Shown: positions 12,082 to 26,493 of the stretch, piece after piece
Layout of the letters: every line of letters begins with the position of its first letter
Position numbering within the stretch: the first letter of the stretch is position 1
Source of the DNA: Epiperipatus broadwayi
Lineage: Eukaryota > Animalia > Onychophora
Assembly: GCA_028023455.1 (NCBI GenBank)
Contig: JAQFVV010000001.1
Span: 19,902,001-19,966,000 of the forward strand
DNA length: 64,000 bases
Direction of reading: 5' to 3'
The notes under the pieces: generated by a model
Told to the model about the DNA's origin: nothing
Database searches by the model: none
What the model saw: the letters and a program-made list of their open reading frames with translations, nothing else
Translations under genes and position numbers: made by a program

Positions 12082-14046
12082 TGTAACGAGCACAGACGTT
12101 CGTTACATTGTTGTTGTTTTTTTATTTATTAAACATGAAAGTAAATTAAAAAATTCGCATTTAAAAATTTTCATTAAGAATTAAAAATTGAAATTAAATA
12201 TCATCTTAAACTTGTATATATTAAATTGCACAGATAATGAAAAATTATTAAAATAAAACTTTATTAAAGAAAAAGTATTTTAAAACTAAATTTTAAAAAG
12301 ATTTGGAGATAAAATTATATCTTTAAATTTATCTTTAAATATATCTTTGATTTGGAAAACAGGTTAATTAATCAGAAATGGAAATGATAAATTTAATTAG
12401 TCAAATGTAAACCAGCCTTGGGCATTTAAATGTAAAAACATCGGTCAGATAGGAAAACAATAAAAACTTTTAGCGAATGAAATAAATCCATTGGGAAATC
12501 GGACCTCAACGAAAAGGATCATCACATTGATGACGTAATGTTAAGGCAATCCTTCAAATGAATATAAAAGGACAAGGTTGAAAATTATTAGGGATTGATA
12601 ATTGATTATTACGATGTGACTATATGTATTAGTACGGAGTTGGAGGTGAAGGAGTTGACAGATGCACTGTCAATTCTTTCAGCTGTTAAAGAAAAGAGAA
12701 ATGAACTATCGTTTTCTACATTGAGGACCAACTAAATTCAAAAACCTCCGAATGAATAAATAAAACATCGGCTAAATGTATACCAATATCTTCAGGACGG
12801 CGTGGGAATTCCCATTCAAACTTAAAAACGACAGATAAAGATGAACTGTTTAAAACCGTAAAAACTTTACAATTAATGAACATTAAGTTAAAAACTTTTC
12901 GTATTTAAAATAATTGCATTAGTTTCCTATCTGACTAAAGTAGTTAAAATGTTATTTGATGTATTTTTTATTTATTTGTTTAAAATCATTTCCATTTATT
13001 TAATTTTGTTCTTTAAGTTTATTTATGATTGCTGTTTTCCGATAAGTTAAATTATATAAATGTTAAACTTAAGTCGGGCGTGAATGGCTGTATAGATTTG
13101 TAAAGTTATATTAGGGGAGGGTAATCTTAGGTTATTTGTTTCGTTGTTAAATTGGGTCAATGGATTGGATATATTGGTGTAGTTAGTAGATGTAGTCGGA
13201 GATTCGCTACTGGCAGAATCACTTCATACGCCGCACTCTCCCGTTTTGCCTATGGAAGGAATTATAAGATGCAGAGCGCAGTTCCTTTCTATGGAGTTTT
13301 TTTTTATTGCTCTTCTTGTCTGATAGATGTCATATTCCTATCTGATGAGGATCGATGCCTTCTCTTAATCTTTTTGGTGCTGTCGTATTCCGTATTACAT
13401 TGAATACATCGATATATCAGATGAATTGATGCCAGTTTGACTGCGAATTTTAGCCTAAGGTTAAATAGGGATAGAATGTTTATTTTCAAAAGCAAATTTA
13501 TGTAGTCTATTCATACTCGACCCTAAATAAAAATGCATTAAATTTAAGTTGTTTATAGACGCTTGCATGGATTGGTTATCGGTTAAGTATGTTTTGGGTT
13601 TTCATATTTGATCGGAATATATAGACATTCGATAAATAATGATACCTTATGGTGAGTATCTAAAATGTATTTATTCGGATGTCTTTTAAGTCATTGGTGA
13701 CAATGCAAGTATCTTATGGTGAATACTATTGGGTTACTTATAAATTTCCCTCTGCAATTGCCAGTATCAATGATTTTATATTTTGATCGTTTATGTTTAC
13801 TTTGGAACGTTTTTAACCGTGTAATCTATGTAACCGATCTATAGCAACATATTAAAACAAGCTTTTATAATCCCATCTGTGCGAACTTAATTAAAATGTA
13901 AACTCATAATATAATAGAAATTAAAATGTAAATTAAAATCTAAGGTAAAGTTAAAAATAATGTTAAATGTTAAAATGTAAAACTAATACTAAAATAATTT
14001 TAAATCATATATATATGTGATAAATAAATGTTTGTATGTTAATTAC
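12082..14046 (+). mobile_element. Possible LTR-like unclassified repeat
   Basis: Starts TGTAACG and retains CpG relative to its flanks. A TGTAAA cluster (13890-13985) lies upstream of AATAAA (~14021), followed by TGGCAGTGG (PBS-like). It ends in AC rather than CA, and no partner LTR or TSD was found. Confidence 0.25.
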
Positions 14047-14991
14047 TGGCAGTGGCTCATTTTATTCCTCTTATATATATATTCTTAGATTATATGATTA
14101 AATATCTGCTATTCCACTGAGCTAGTGACATGGGCTAACGACCGGATGCAAAATATAAAAAAAAAAAAAATTTTTTTTTTTGACTTACGTATCTGCCTAT
14201 TTTATAAATTTTTCTAGGTTCAAATGCCTAGATGGCGCCCGTAGTGTAGATTACATAAGTCTGCTTTCTCCAGATCGTTACAATATATATCAACAAAACT
14301 CAGAAAAGAAAAAAATATTAATGCTTCAATCTTTTTCTTTTCATTTGAGAAAGATAAGCACACATATATATTTTATTTTATATTAAATCTTTAACCATAT
14401 TTCCGGTCTAAAAATCCATATGCATATACTATATACAAAAGATATAAAATTACATTTTTTAATCATTTTTATTTATCTCTCTATGTCTTTTATTTATTGT
14501 TCAAAATAAAAAGATTAAAAAAATATTTATGATTTCTTATATTTTTAAAAATATATATATTTTTTTAAATCGATTTCAAAATTTTTGCATGTGGTATTAT
14601 AAACAAAGTTATTATTTCTACAAAAATAGAAAACCTGGATTGAAAAAAATATTAAAAACTTATTTTAGATTTTTCTTCCCTAAATATAAACAACACACAA
14701 AAAAATCTGAAAATGAACATTTATTATTCGCTTTTAACTCTTACAATCTTTCCATGTACTTCTTTATTTTCCAAAACAGATTATTATTTAAACTTTTCAA
14801 TAATATTTGGATGTTTGTTCCTGGAGCAGGATAGACTATCAAATAAAAAAATGCCTTCATTGCAGACCATTGAACAAGAGATACATCTGTAATTGCTATT
14901 TGATGATATATATATATATTCTAACCTTTCTCTATACAGTATTGGGCCCCTCTAAATTTGGGCCGTCACAAACTGCCCTTTACTTATGTTG

Positions 14992-17900
14992 TGTAACTAC
15001 GTACACCTCGAGCCCACCATGTTACGCCACAATCTACCCTCTCACCCTACGTATAATTACGTGTATACTTATGTGTGTATATGTACTCCACTTCCCCCAA
15101 AATAAATCATATAACATATTGAAAATCGCCTTCCCGGGTTCTAGCTCTAATAATTAATGAGATATTCAATTAAATGCTTTGCTAGCTCAGGTTGCTTATA
15201 ATTAACTTAGGTTCGGTTTTAGATTAACTTAAATAACTATTCTATAATTCATGAGATTAGAAGTGGAAATAAGGTGACAAAGTAGATTGCATTGAGATAA
15301 TATCCCATAGAATACCACCTCAAGGGCATAAGAACACTATCCCCCCTTTTTACTACTATTACATATAATAACGACATAGTATTCTTATGACTTCTGCAAC
15401 TTCTAATCACTAAACTCATTTAACAATTAAAGTATTAATCTTTTATCTATCATAATAATAATAGTAATTATCTAGCTCAGATAAAATAATCTCAGGTTCT
15501 TAAATTTATTCAATGTTAAATTAAAATAAATTAGCAAAATATGATAAGGGATTTTGTGTCATAATTTACTACTCTGAAGTTAGCTTAATAATAAAACAAT
15601 AAGAATAATAATCACAATCTTCATTGTTTAATCCAACTAGTACGGCTTTTCTTTTATCGCAAATTTATAACCATAATAAATTAGTTAATAATTCAATATC
15701 CTCCCTTTGTTTATCTTTTTCCTTATGTAATAAAACAATTAGTAAGTGGCAGTGTTTAGATAATCTGATAAATGAAGCAAGTGGCAACTAATAGCATACA
15801 ATTTAGCAAATTACCATGACAATGGATTTATGACCAATAATGTAATGCAATTTCATAATTATTCAATTACAAAACACCAATAAACATTTAACATTAATTA
15901 TACTTCTTTATTTATACTTTGTGCAAACAATTATATACTTAATTTATTGACGGTAAACATATCTTTTGAATTCATGCAATGATGTAGAGAAAACAAAACT
16001 CAGACACAAGTTTTAATAACAAATTTTAGAATTTTATTAACAACAATCAAAATTAAGATAAAACAAACAAATCTATTTACATTTATTTACAAGGGATATC
16101 CTCCTTTCTTTTAACACTACAAAAGTTAAATTATACATTTTTAGATTTCTTTTATAGTTAATTTAAATTATTATACTTTTATAAGTTATTTATTTATTTC
16201 TCATTAAGTTTATTATATTACTTAGTTTAACTATTTTATGGGTAATACCATTCTTTACCTTTTAATATTAACATTACAGTATTATAAGTTATATATGTGG
16301 GTAAACATCATTTATAAACATTATAAATTTACAATCAATATGGTTTTTTCCCTTTAAAGAAAATTACATTTTCTTATAACTCTATATAAGTCACTTTGCA
16401 TATTGTGCAAATATTATTACTACCTATTACGTTTATTATCTAATGCTCGTAAACTCTAATACATTTATTCATAAGCCATACTTATGTATAATGCCATAAC
16501 ACGGGCTTAATTATTTCCTGTTTCAGTTTAACATATATTATAATTATTGAATGTTATTACATTCTTTAAATATGCAATACTTATATTTTTAAATATAATC
16601 AACAATAAGAACACGTTAAATCATTTTTTAATATTTTTGTATATTTCTATTTGGGTATATTTTTATCAAATTATAGTTCATTTCTTAAAATTAAAATAAT
16701 TCTCTGACTCCTTCCTTTCTTAGGATATATGCATCTTCTTTCAATAATCATAATCTACTCTTTGTTAATACCTAACTATTCTTATTTCAAATAACAGCAT
16801 GACATACATTCTAAAATATCTATTGTTTCTTTTCAATAGACTTATCAAATAACGGTGTAGTTGCAAGAAATACAGATAAAGATAGCGAAAGATGTATAGG
16901 ATATTGGGAAGATAGATAAATAACTCATCAAAATATATACTTCAAAATGTATGGAACAGTGTGAATAGGGCCGACATTCCTTGTCTGATAACCCTGACGA
17001 TAAGCACGTTGTGGCAGCTATTTATTCAGCTTTACCAAACATCTAATAAGATTCACAAGAAATATAAAAATAACACTGTCCATGACAACATGTGTAACAG
17101 TCGTAGGGCTTTGTTAACTACGCTGATTACCATCTAAAACTACTTATAATTCCATTCCCTGTAGCATCCTAGTTTTTTAATACATCATCTTGGTTTCCGA
17201 ATCTCCATGTACTACCAAGTCACTATCCAAACTATCTCTCAAGATTTTCACTTTATCCAACATCGATAAAACTAACTACCTTTTAAAACAATAAACAAAA
17301 TTCACTAATATAAAACATTCCCCTATTCTATAAGAACAATTTGCCTTGCTTTATTACACTGTAGGTTCGACATCTACGCTTTATTAAATAACACTTAAAT
17401 ATCCTAATCGGAAAAATTAACAGAAAATATGACATAACCATCGATTATATTGCTATATTAATCACACATAAAATGAGTATAGTATGCATATTTTTAAAAA
17501 ATCTAATTATATCTCAAAGTGTTTTAGAGTGTTGTTTTTTCAAAATGCGTTTTACAATAACTATAACAATAAAATTTTGCATTACATTCATTCAATTCAT
17601 AGCTGATCTAAATAAATAAAACATACATTATATCATTAATAACCATAAAATGTACCAAAATAATATTTACCTTCCTATTAGAGTTCGTAGTGGGTTTCTT
17701 TCTCCTCGAGCATCGCAAACACACAAAATTTCCACACACATACAATTTTATTTGAACATTCAAAATCAAAAAACATATTATTTTATATAATGTTATATTG
17801 CAAATTAATGTATTTCTTTCCCTATTGCTATCTAAACTCAATGTTTAACTTCGATTAATAAAGAAAATAATTTAAATCATAATCACATATTTTTCTGGCG

Positions 17901-18992
17901 GTAAATCTTGGTTAGTCCCCTAATATTTATTATTTCTTCTTTTATCCGAATGTTCTCCTTTCTGATTATTAAAGTTTTAAACAAATTAGTTCATTTAGTA
18001 AACTGTTTAGATGATCTTTAGTTGTAATGTTTAATTCAAAATTATTAAAAAGCATTTATTTAGTTATCCCACAAAGTTTTTAATGTTGGGCGAATATTAC
18101 CTCGGCGCGTTGATGCATCTTTATTTCCAGCAGAACTACAAGTATTTATATCATTACGGTACCAAATTGTGTTTTTCCATGGATCCAATATTTTAGATTT
18201 ATTTCTCTGTAAACTTTTTTTTTTCTTCTTCTTCTTCAGGCAAGTAATTTCCTTGGTAATTTCACTTTTATTCATTATTATTTTATATACAACATTTTTG
18301 ATCTTTAACTATTTCTAGAGTAATTGCTCAGGTCATCTTAAAGAAAGTAATTCAAAAATCTTTTTGTCCATTTATTTTTACACGAATAATATTTATTTTT
18401 ATTTTTCATTATATTCATTAACTTTGCGCACAATGTCCTTTCATCAATTTTACACACACTAAAGCAGTTTTTGTAGTAATACGCTATACAAACTATATCA
18501 ATGAACGACATTAACATTTTTGAAATATTACAAAATTTATAACTTGGTTTTAAGAATCCATCCATTTTTTATTGAAAATTCAGATTATATTTTAACAGAA
18601 TCCACTGGCAGGTAACTGTGGAGTTAGTGAAACATTATTATGAGAACTTTTTTTTTAAATTTTATTCTTAGATTCGATTCAAAAGATTTTAAAATGTTAA
18701 TTAGTTTCTTTCAAAGATATTTATTAAAAATTATAATAAAATTGACTAATAATTGAAGAAAGAAAGAAATTTTTAAAGAGCTTAAAATTTTACCTCTGCT
18801 CTGGAGTCAACACATTTTTGTTCTCCGATTATACAATTAATTGGCGCGATTTCTCTTGTCTGCCAAAATCTATCTTTTTATTGGTCACTCCCTAGTTTGG
18901 TTGGTAAACATTTTCTAAAGTTTTAAAATTGTGACGTAATAGACTTAAATATTAACCTATTATTATTTTTAAATTAATTATTATCTATTACA
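14992..18992. mobile_element. Possible 4-kb unclassified element bounded by TGTAA...TTACA
   Basis: TGTAA at 14992 and TTACA ending at 18992 enclose a CpG-retaining block. No TSD and no recognisable protein motif. Confidence 0.2.
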
Positions 18993-19539
18993 ATTTAATT
19001 ACCTTTAAAATAAATTTGAAGCAATAACTAATAAAGATGTATAATCTTATTTTTTATTATAATGTGTGACAATTCCATCCAGTTCTATAATATATTATTG
19101 AAATATTTTAATTATTTGTATTAATCTAAACTGGTGCTTGATACATAAAATATTCCAGACAGTCATGTAGACATTTCCGGTGTTTAGTCTATTTTTATCT
19201 GTCTTAATAAATTTGCTACTTATATTATTTAAAATGATTATATAAAATTTTGAAAAATAATTTAGAAAAATATAGAACTAGATGCAATCCCCACCATCAC
19301 AATACTTATTATTAAACATATTACATTAACCCTTTATTGCTTATTTATAATTTATAATATTAAATACTATATAATATTAATTTTAAAATTTTTTAGTAAT
19401 TGACCATTTATAACCATCATTGACCTATAGAAAAGGGCACAATATATATATATGTTTATAATAAACCAAAGGTGCTATGTTTATAATAAACCAAAGGTGC
19501 AATGCTAGTGATAACATTTTATAAACCAATTCTTCTAGA

Positions 19540-20330
19540 ACAACATTTAAATCATATTAATCAATAAATTTCCAAGTTCTACAGTGGAGCAATAACATCA
19601 AATCACTGGGAGATAGTTTTGTTAGTGTTTGTCATACCTTAATACAATTTTCTATAATACCTCAACATTTAGAACTATTCTATAAACTTTAGAGGCTTAG
19701 TATTATTAAGATGCACCACATAAATATACTACCAAAATAGATGCCATAATAGTTGGTGTGGCTATTTATCATAATATGGGATTCAAATACAGACTAATTA
19801 AAACTTGCCATACTTTTCCAAATTACAAAATTTTTTTTTCTTTCAGAGAGACAGCCTATAGACATCATAGATAGATATCCAACTGTTTGACAGAGAATTA
19901 ATATCTAATTTATTTTTGTTAGGATAAAAAATCCATATGTTCCTCATCATTTACAAAAAGTCAATCACCTTGAGTAAAGATTTCTTATACAATTAATTAA
20001 GACTCTTGGAGAAATCTTTTTCTAAAATGTGTTAATTAAAGACATATCATTGTTAAATAATCAGCTACTAATACAACAAATAGTAATATAGAATTAATGT
20101 CCATATGTATTTCAATGTAAGTTTTGTTTTTCCAATACAATATACTTTGCAACATAAACACACACATGCACACACATACATACACACACATATATATATA
20201 TATAAAATAAAAAATTTATTAACATGATATTTATAATAATAGCCACAATACTTCTTCAATATAAAATATCTAAATCATTGAGATATAATGCCTGAAATAA
20301 ATAAACAGTATCAACAGCTAAGCTCAGAAG
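19540..20330 (+). pseudogene. Possible very old non-LTR reverse transcriptase remnant
   Basis: Weak, correctly ordered look-alikes of RT motifs: SFVSVCHTLI (FDSVPH-like), FQRDSL* (FQGDSL-like), ISNLF (ISHL-like). Confidence 0.25.
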
Positions 20331-22001
20331 GGTTTTACCAAATGATATATGTTACAATACAAAGAGCTATATGAATAAAAGTAACAATAAATAAATATCA
20401 ATATAATATTAATATTTAATAATTTTAAGAGGAGACCTCTCATACTCACTCTTACAAATTACAGAGATGTAATACATCATAAAGTGGTTATGTTATATTA
20501 AATTCTCTTTCACAATATCACCCATCATTATAACATATCTAATAACCAGCATCAGAATCCACTGATATGATCAGATCCATATTTCAAAACCTTTTGATAA
20601 AGACTAATAGATTTCTTATATTTTGTGCCATATTGTTTAATAAAATGAATTTCTTTGCAAAACAATTTCTTTAGTATTCATTTATTTAATATTAAAATCT
20701 CAGAGCTTTTTAATAAAATATTTATAAGATAAAAAATTGACTATTTTCTTTCATTAAGAATTATTAAGCAATGAATGGAAGCCTAAGAGAAATATAAGGA
20801 GACAGCTCTTACCCATAAGATAATGTCTACTTAACTGTCAATAATAATATTAAATTTTAATGGAAATATTTTAATTAAAATAAAATATATGAGAAACTCT
20901 TCATTTGAAATAAAGGAAAAATATCAGGATTGCATTCAGTCATAAGAAGTGGCACCACAGGATATCCTACTAATAATTCCTACTTAATCTTTCTTTATGA
21001 ATTAAAGATTTTCTGGATAAAGTAAACAATAATTTCACCACTAAAGCAATCTTCTTATAAATGCAATTGATGAAAGTGATCACTTAAATTTAAAAAAAAA
21101 ATGTAAAATTTATTTCTTAGATGCTTTCTTAACATCTGCAGACAAATTTAAACAACATTATTATAATATTCAATTTTATGCTCATGTACTCTTAATGGTC
21201 AACATAAATATAATTGTATAATAGATTTTATAATGTCAAAATTTCTGGATAATATATGTTAATGATAATATAAATACTATAAGACATACATAACAATAAA
21301 AACATTTAGTTTGACAATAAAAACAATTAAATAAATAACAATTTTAAAAATCTACAATATTTCAAATCAAAATATTCAGCCAAGATGCTATACAATTCAC
21401 TGGATAGGAAAAATACTTTTTTAAAAAATTTACAAATAATAATAAAAATAAATTTACAGATTAAAAGATAATTGATTATTATTAACTAATGATTTTTTTT
21501 CATTAATATTAGCATTATCACAAAAAGTTCTACACATTTACATAACAGCCATATTATTATGTTGTCCCAACAATGAGTACATCTAAATACTAAGTATATT
21601 TACCAATCTAGCAATGAAATAAATACTAGAAGTGATGTATATTAGTTATTGAGGCCCAAAATATAGTTTTAATATCTAAATAAATATTTATTAGTTTTAT
21701 GCCCTGCGATACTGGCAAAGCACAACAAAAATAGATATACACATCAAAACAATCCATAACCTAAATTCAGAGTATTCAAGAGTGCAACAGAAAAAAGATG
21801 ATATTACTCAGAACATACAATATGAATTGCTAAAAATAAAGCCATGGTGGTACACCACACATGGTTTCATACGCAATATACATGATGTAATACACCCAAA
21901 AGTTAAAGATAGGTAAGACAATGAATCTAAATGATAGCATGAAATCAAAGGGAACACATACATTTAGAGAGCAAAAATTGTGCTAGTAATTTGTCTCTTA
22001 A

Positions 22002-22748
22002 CCCTTAAACCACTAATTTTATCATTGGTTGTATCAGATAAAAATCAAATCTTTTAATTGGCCAACTCACAAACTGAAGACAATGCCTATTGTTAAAACA
22101 TATTCGCCTATAATATTAAATTCAACTCAGATATGTTTATAAAAAGTATATAATTAATTTTTCAGGTTGTGAAGACAACGAAAGTTCTTTCAAAAATAAA
22201 TTGCTATTTATTTATTCTAAGATATTCAATATCGGCAACATAAAAGTTATAATGTAAACAAAAAGATCGACTTTTACATTATAGAAAAGTAAATATTTCT
22301 TTTTATTACAACTTCAATATTTGTACTAAAATCTTCAATATTTTTCGAAAATAATTTTGTTTTTTTATTATTCTCTCTGAAAATTATGTTTAATTTCCAT
22401 AAATATTATTTAATAATAATTTAAATCGTATTTGAAATGAAAATCTCAGCGTTTTTCTTTATTTTCTTTGATCAGGCAGTTTCTTTGTTCTTTCCAGCCA
22501 ATCAGAATGTCTTTTTCGGCTGAGAGCATGCTAAGAACCAATCACAAATAATGTTCCTTCTTTGTTTAGGTTTAAATGCGTTTTTTTTCTATTTTTTACT
22601 TCTAAAATAAATCGGAAGATGTCACCATCGTACAGAACTTTTAAAAACGAATTCAATATGTATTTAACGAATATTTTCGTATGAAAACGGGCTGAGTTAG
22701 AGTGATTTCAGATGTCGACGAGGAGCCTCGTCGGACGCGGGAAAAGGG
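22002..22748. mobile_element. piggyBac-like non-autonomous element
   Basis: TTAA|CCCTT at 21998-22006 and AAGGG|TTAA at 22744-22752. The right end is CpG-rich with a GACGAG-GAGC-CTCGTC hairpin. The ends match over only 5 bp. Confidence 0.5.
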
Positions 22749-24163
22749 TTAACATAAGGAAAATTAGAATTAATCATCAAAATATATTAGGAACAATAAT
22801 AACAGCCTTCAATAAAGCATCAATGCTTAAATATGAGACATGAAAGATATAACTCATGAAACACACTAAGAGAGAGACACAGATACTATTTCTTTATAAA
22901 TTATGTCCTAGCAAAACAACATCCACAAGAGACTGCATTAAATCTCTTGGAAAAATATAATGGCAAGATAGATATCTGCAAGAGATAGACAAAGCTACAT
23001 CTCTTAAACAAATATAAAAATTAATTGATGCATAAAACTGACAAAAATTATTTGCCAAATCTGGTTTAATAAAAACATGGCCTGAAATGAGCAATAGCAA
23101 TATACATCATGATTCTGCATAAACCCGTATTTTCAAATAAATGTATTATTCATGACAAAGAAAAAATAACACCTTAAAATTGTATTGTACCAGTCAAAAT
23201 ATGTTAATCCATCTAACATGAGCTGAAACTCAAGAAATGTACTTCAAACTCAGTCAAACTGCAGATTTAGGTCTGGGACTATCCTAGGTTTGAACCTATT
23301 CACAAGGCCCCAAATCAAACACCTAATGAATAACATAATAATGGTACAAAGGAATTTATTCTCTAGTCTGGCCCACTAGCAGAGCAGAGAGGCAATGAGA
23401 CACACATATATTACAGCTTTATTTAATCAAGGGAATAGTTTAAATCCATGAAACTATCATGGAGTATTTAAAATATTAACAGAAGATTTGAACCCCATTC
23501 ATAAACCTCATAGGAAAGCATATTCCTGGTTGAATTTATGGAAGAAATGATTCAAACACTCAAATAAGTTAAGTAAGAAATATAGTTTAATAGATTAATG
23601 ATTAGAATAATAAGTTGACTATGTACATTGGTATGTGCGTAAATAAGCGGTCTACTAGAGCAGTAGATTGTACATAAAGGAACTCACGTTAATGGTTCTC
23701 ATATGCTCTATTATAAACAATTTAATATATATATACAAACACAAAGTATCAGTGGGTCAGGTATTAGAATGCCAATCATTTATTATAAAAAATTACATTA
23801 TACTGCTATTAACGCTTTTATCTATGGATTTGGAAAGTTGTGACCAACATATGGTTTTAGGGAGCATTCCTGGATTAATTGCATATATGATAAAAACTAG
23901 TCACGCCACTACAATCGTGAAAATAAATCAAAATACATTTTGAAATTATATTTTATTATGCAGCAGAATATTTACAAAAAATTCTTTGGAAAGCAGAACA
24001 CTTTATTTTCCTTGGCACATACTCTCAAAATAAAAAAATAACGAATTACGATTCTGGGATTGTATAACGAGACTAATAAAACATTAATAAGTAATAAAGC
24101 TCATAATATTAAAATTTATTTATTATTTAAACAGAGTATATTATTAATATTACAACACTAAAA

Positions 24164-24381
24164 TTAAGTCAATGAAGCAAAAGATAATAATAAACTGAGG
24201 AGCAGCAATGCTGACATGATGGGAAGAAATAAGTCCATGCTTCTGGATGAAATGAAATCTAGGACTCCCTTTTTATGGTAGGGCTTAGAGAGAGTATAGT
24301 TTGGCATGGTGTGGGCCAGATGTACTGAATTAACCCAACGTGCAAGTACCTTTTTATGTGGAAAAAGTCCTGAGAACTCAA
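24164..24381 (-). CDS. Candidate terminal coding exon ending in a hydrophobic tail (unrecognised protein)
   Basis: Open frame ...GLFPHKKVLARW...FLPIMSALLLLSLLLSFASLT*. Two phase-1 AG acceptors (exon start 24381 or 24369) follow a pyrimidine tract. No homolog recognised. Confidence 0.3.
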
Positions 24382-26426
24382 CTATCCATGAGACAGAACA
24401 TGAAGAAATCCATGGGTTCAATCTTGTCGCAATCTCCAGATTAGAAGCACATATATATTTATGAGAGTCAGCCGAATGTCAGATAATTATACAGATAATG
24501 CTCTATGCCGCGATATTATATGTATAGAATATTTCTTGAGGTAAAAAAAAAACATTAAAAATATACCCTCTTCCCTTTTCTGCTATTTGAAATAACTAAA
24601 TCTCACCTTGGTGGATTTTAAAAGAAATGAGACATTTAAGTCACTGATATTTTAAGAGTATGTAAAATTAAAAAACTAACTTATATATAAAAACAATTGG
24701 TCAATCTGGCAGAAATTAATTAAATGATATCATAAAATACTTTAAAGCGTTAATTAGCATCAATGATTGTATTTACCCCAGGTAAAATTACTTCATTTTA
24801 CTCAGAGTAAAAAGGAAAAAATAACATTTTTTATAATAAAACCACAAAACAAAATACTAACTTATGAAAACAATTTGGTAAGTTGATTGAGTAGTAATAC
24901 ATTATGAACAAATGGAAAATTAATAATCTCAATATTGGAGGTTTAATTAAAGAAAAAAAAAAGGGGTTTTAGAAATTAAGCTGTCAAGGTTGCTTTAGAT
25001 TAGCATACTAACGAAGGTTAGAAGTACAAAATTCAATAATGAACAAATATAATTTAAAAGACTGCACCACAGTAAAAGGAATTTCAGAGTATTTGAGAGT
25101 TATATTGATAGAAATTATTACTAAAGAGAGAGCAAATTTCATTTACAAAGTATAATTTACAGATAGAGGCACAGAACAATTTAAAAGATTTGGTAGGAGA
25201 ATTTGAGATTATTGGAGATAGCTTTAGTTTCTTAGGTGTTGGTATAGAAATATTTACCATGCAAACGTTTTAAAATAGTCCATGGGAACAGTTCACAGTT
25301 CATGCATGGCAATTTAAAGATCCATACTTCAGTTGTTCTGATACCAGCAAGCTTCCATTTGGACATTTAAGAGTTCATATTTCAGGCTACTTAACACATT
25401 TCAAGGTGGATGCATGATGGTACAGTAGTTGCAAGATGATTTCCAAAGTCAAGGAAAAGTGGCTTGGTTTACTCCTCAACTGACATTTCAAGGTTCAAAT
25501 ACATGTGAATTCTGTTAGTAATACATTTTCTCAGCAGTAATTCCTCTGGTCTTCAAATTCATCCCGTTTTATATTCTGTTCAAGTATTTGTGGAATACTT
25601 TTAATTTTTATCTATGGCCTAAAACATAATCTCTAATCTCAAAGAAATACTATGTTTTTCTTTGATTCCTTTATTCTTGAAGATGCACCCATTAGATAAT
25701 GTTCCAAAATGTATTCAAAACTATTTCCAGATTAGAAATATATTTGCCAAAAAAAAAAAAAAAAAATGTTTTCAACAAAAATAAAATCCATTAGTTTTAT
25801 TCCCCATTTAATTTTTCTAAAATTTCAATTAAAATTATTTTACAAAACTGAAACAATATTACATTTCCACCCATTTAATTGCTTTTTGACACTTAGCAGC
25901 TGCATCTTCCATCTTGAATTGTACATAAAATATACAATTTAATCAGAAAAAAATATCAGAAAATTTTATACAACATACAAGAAAATATTTACAATGTTAA
26001 TATTTTGTTGATGTATATGCTCCCATGATATATATGTTGGAACCGCACACATGTACTTTAATAAAGAAAAGATCTAATAAAAAATATATATATATTATTG
26101 AAAATTTAATTTTATAATTTTTAGGCGTGCTTCTCAGAAATATGTATATGAATAATATATACATAAATAAAGGAGTGGGGTGGGACATGGGGTTTAAATT
26201 AAGGTTAGTGGTTAATAGATGTGTAGAACCATTAAGCTCAATCTTGGGCTAAGATTGACTGCTTCAATATAGTATCATAAAATGATAAATATTCTGCAAA
26301 ATTCTGGATATTACAGTTTACAAATAATGCATAAAAATATATCAGCCAAAAATGCATAATAAAAAATAAAATACATGGTAAATTACAATAGCATAATATT
26401 AAATTTTAAAATTATACTCAGTTTAC

Positions 26427-26493
26427 CAAAATAAAAGTCGTTCATCCTGGAGGTTCTACCATTCAACAGGATACTATCTCTGCAATTACCATT
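26427..26493 (-). CDS. Candidate 67-nt internal exon
   Basis: TTTTCCTGTTTACAG acceptor and G|GTAAAC donor. The single open frame is NGNCRDSILLNGRTSRMNDFYF(G), ending in phase 1, which matches the 24.3-kb candidate. Confidence 0.3.

Noticed and set aside
13342-13370. CTGATGA followed by a small hairpin
   Set aside because: No GAAA box and no stems I or III follow.
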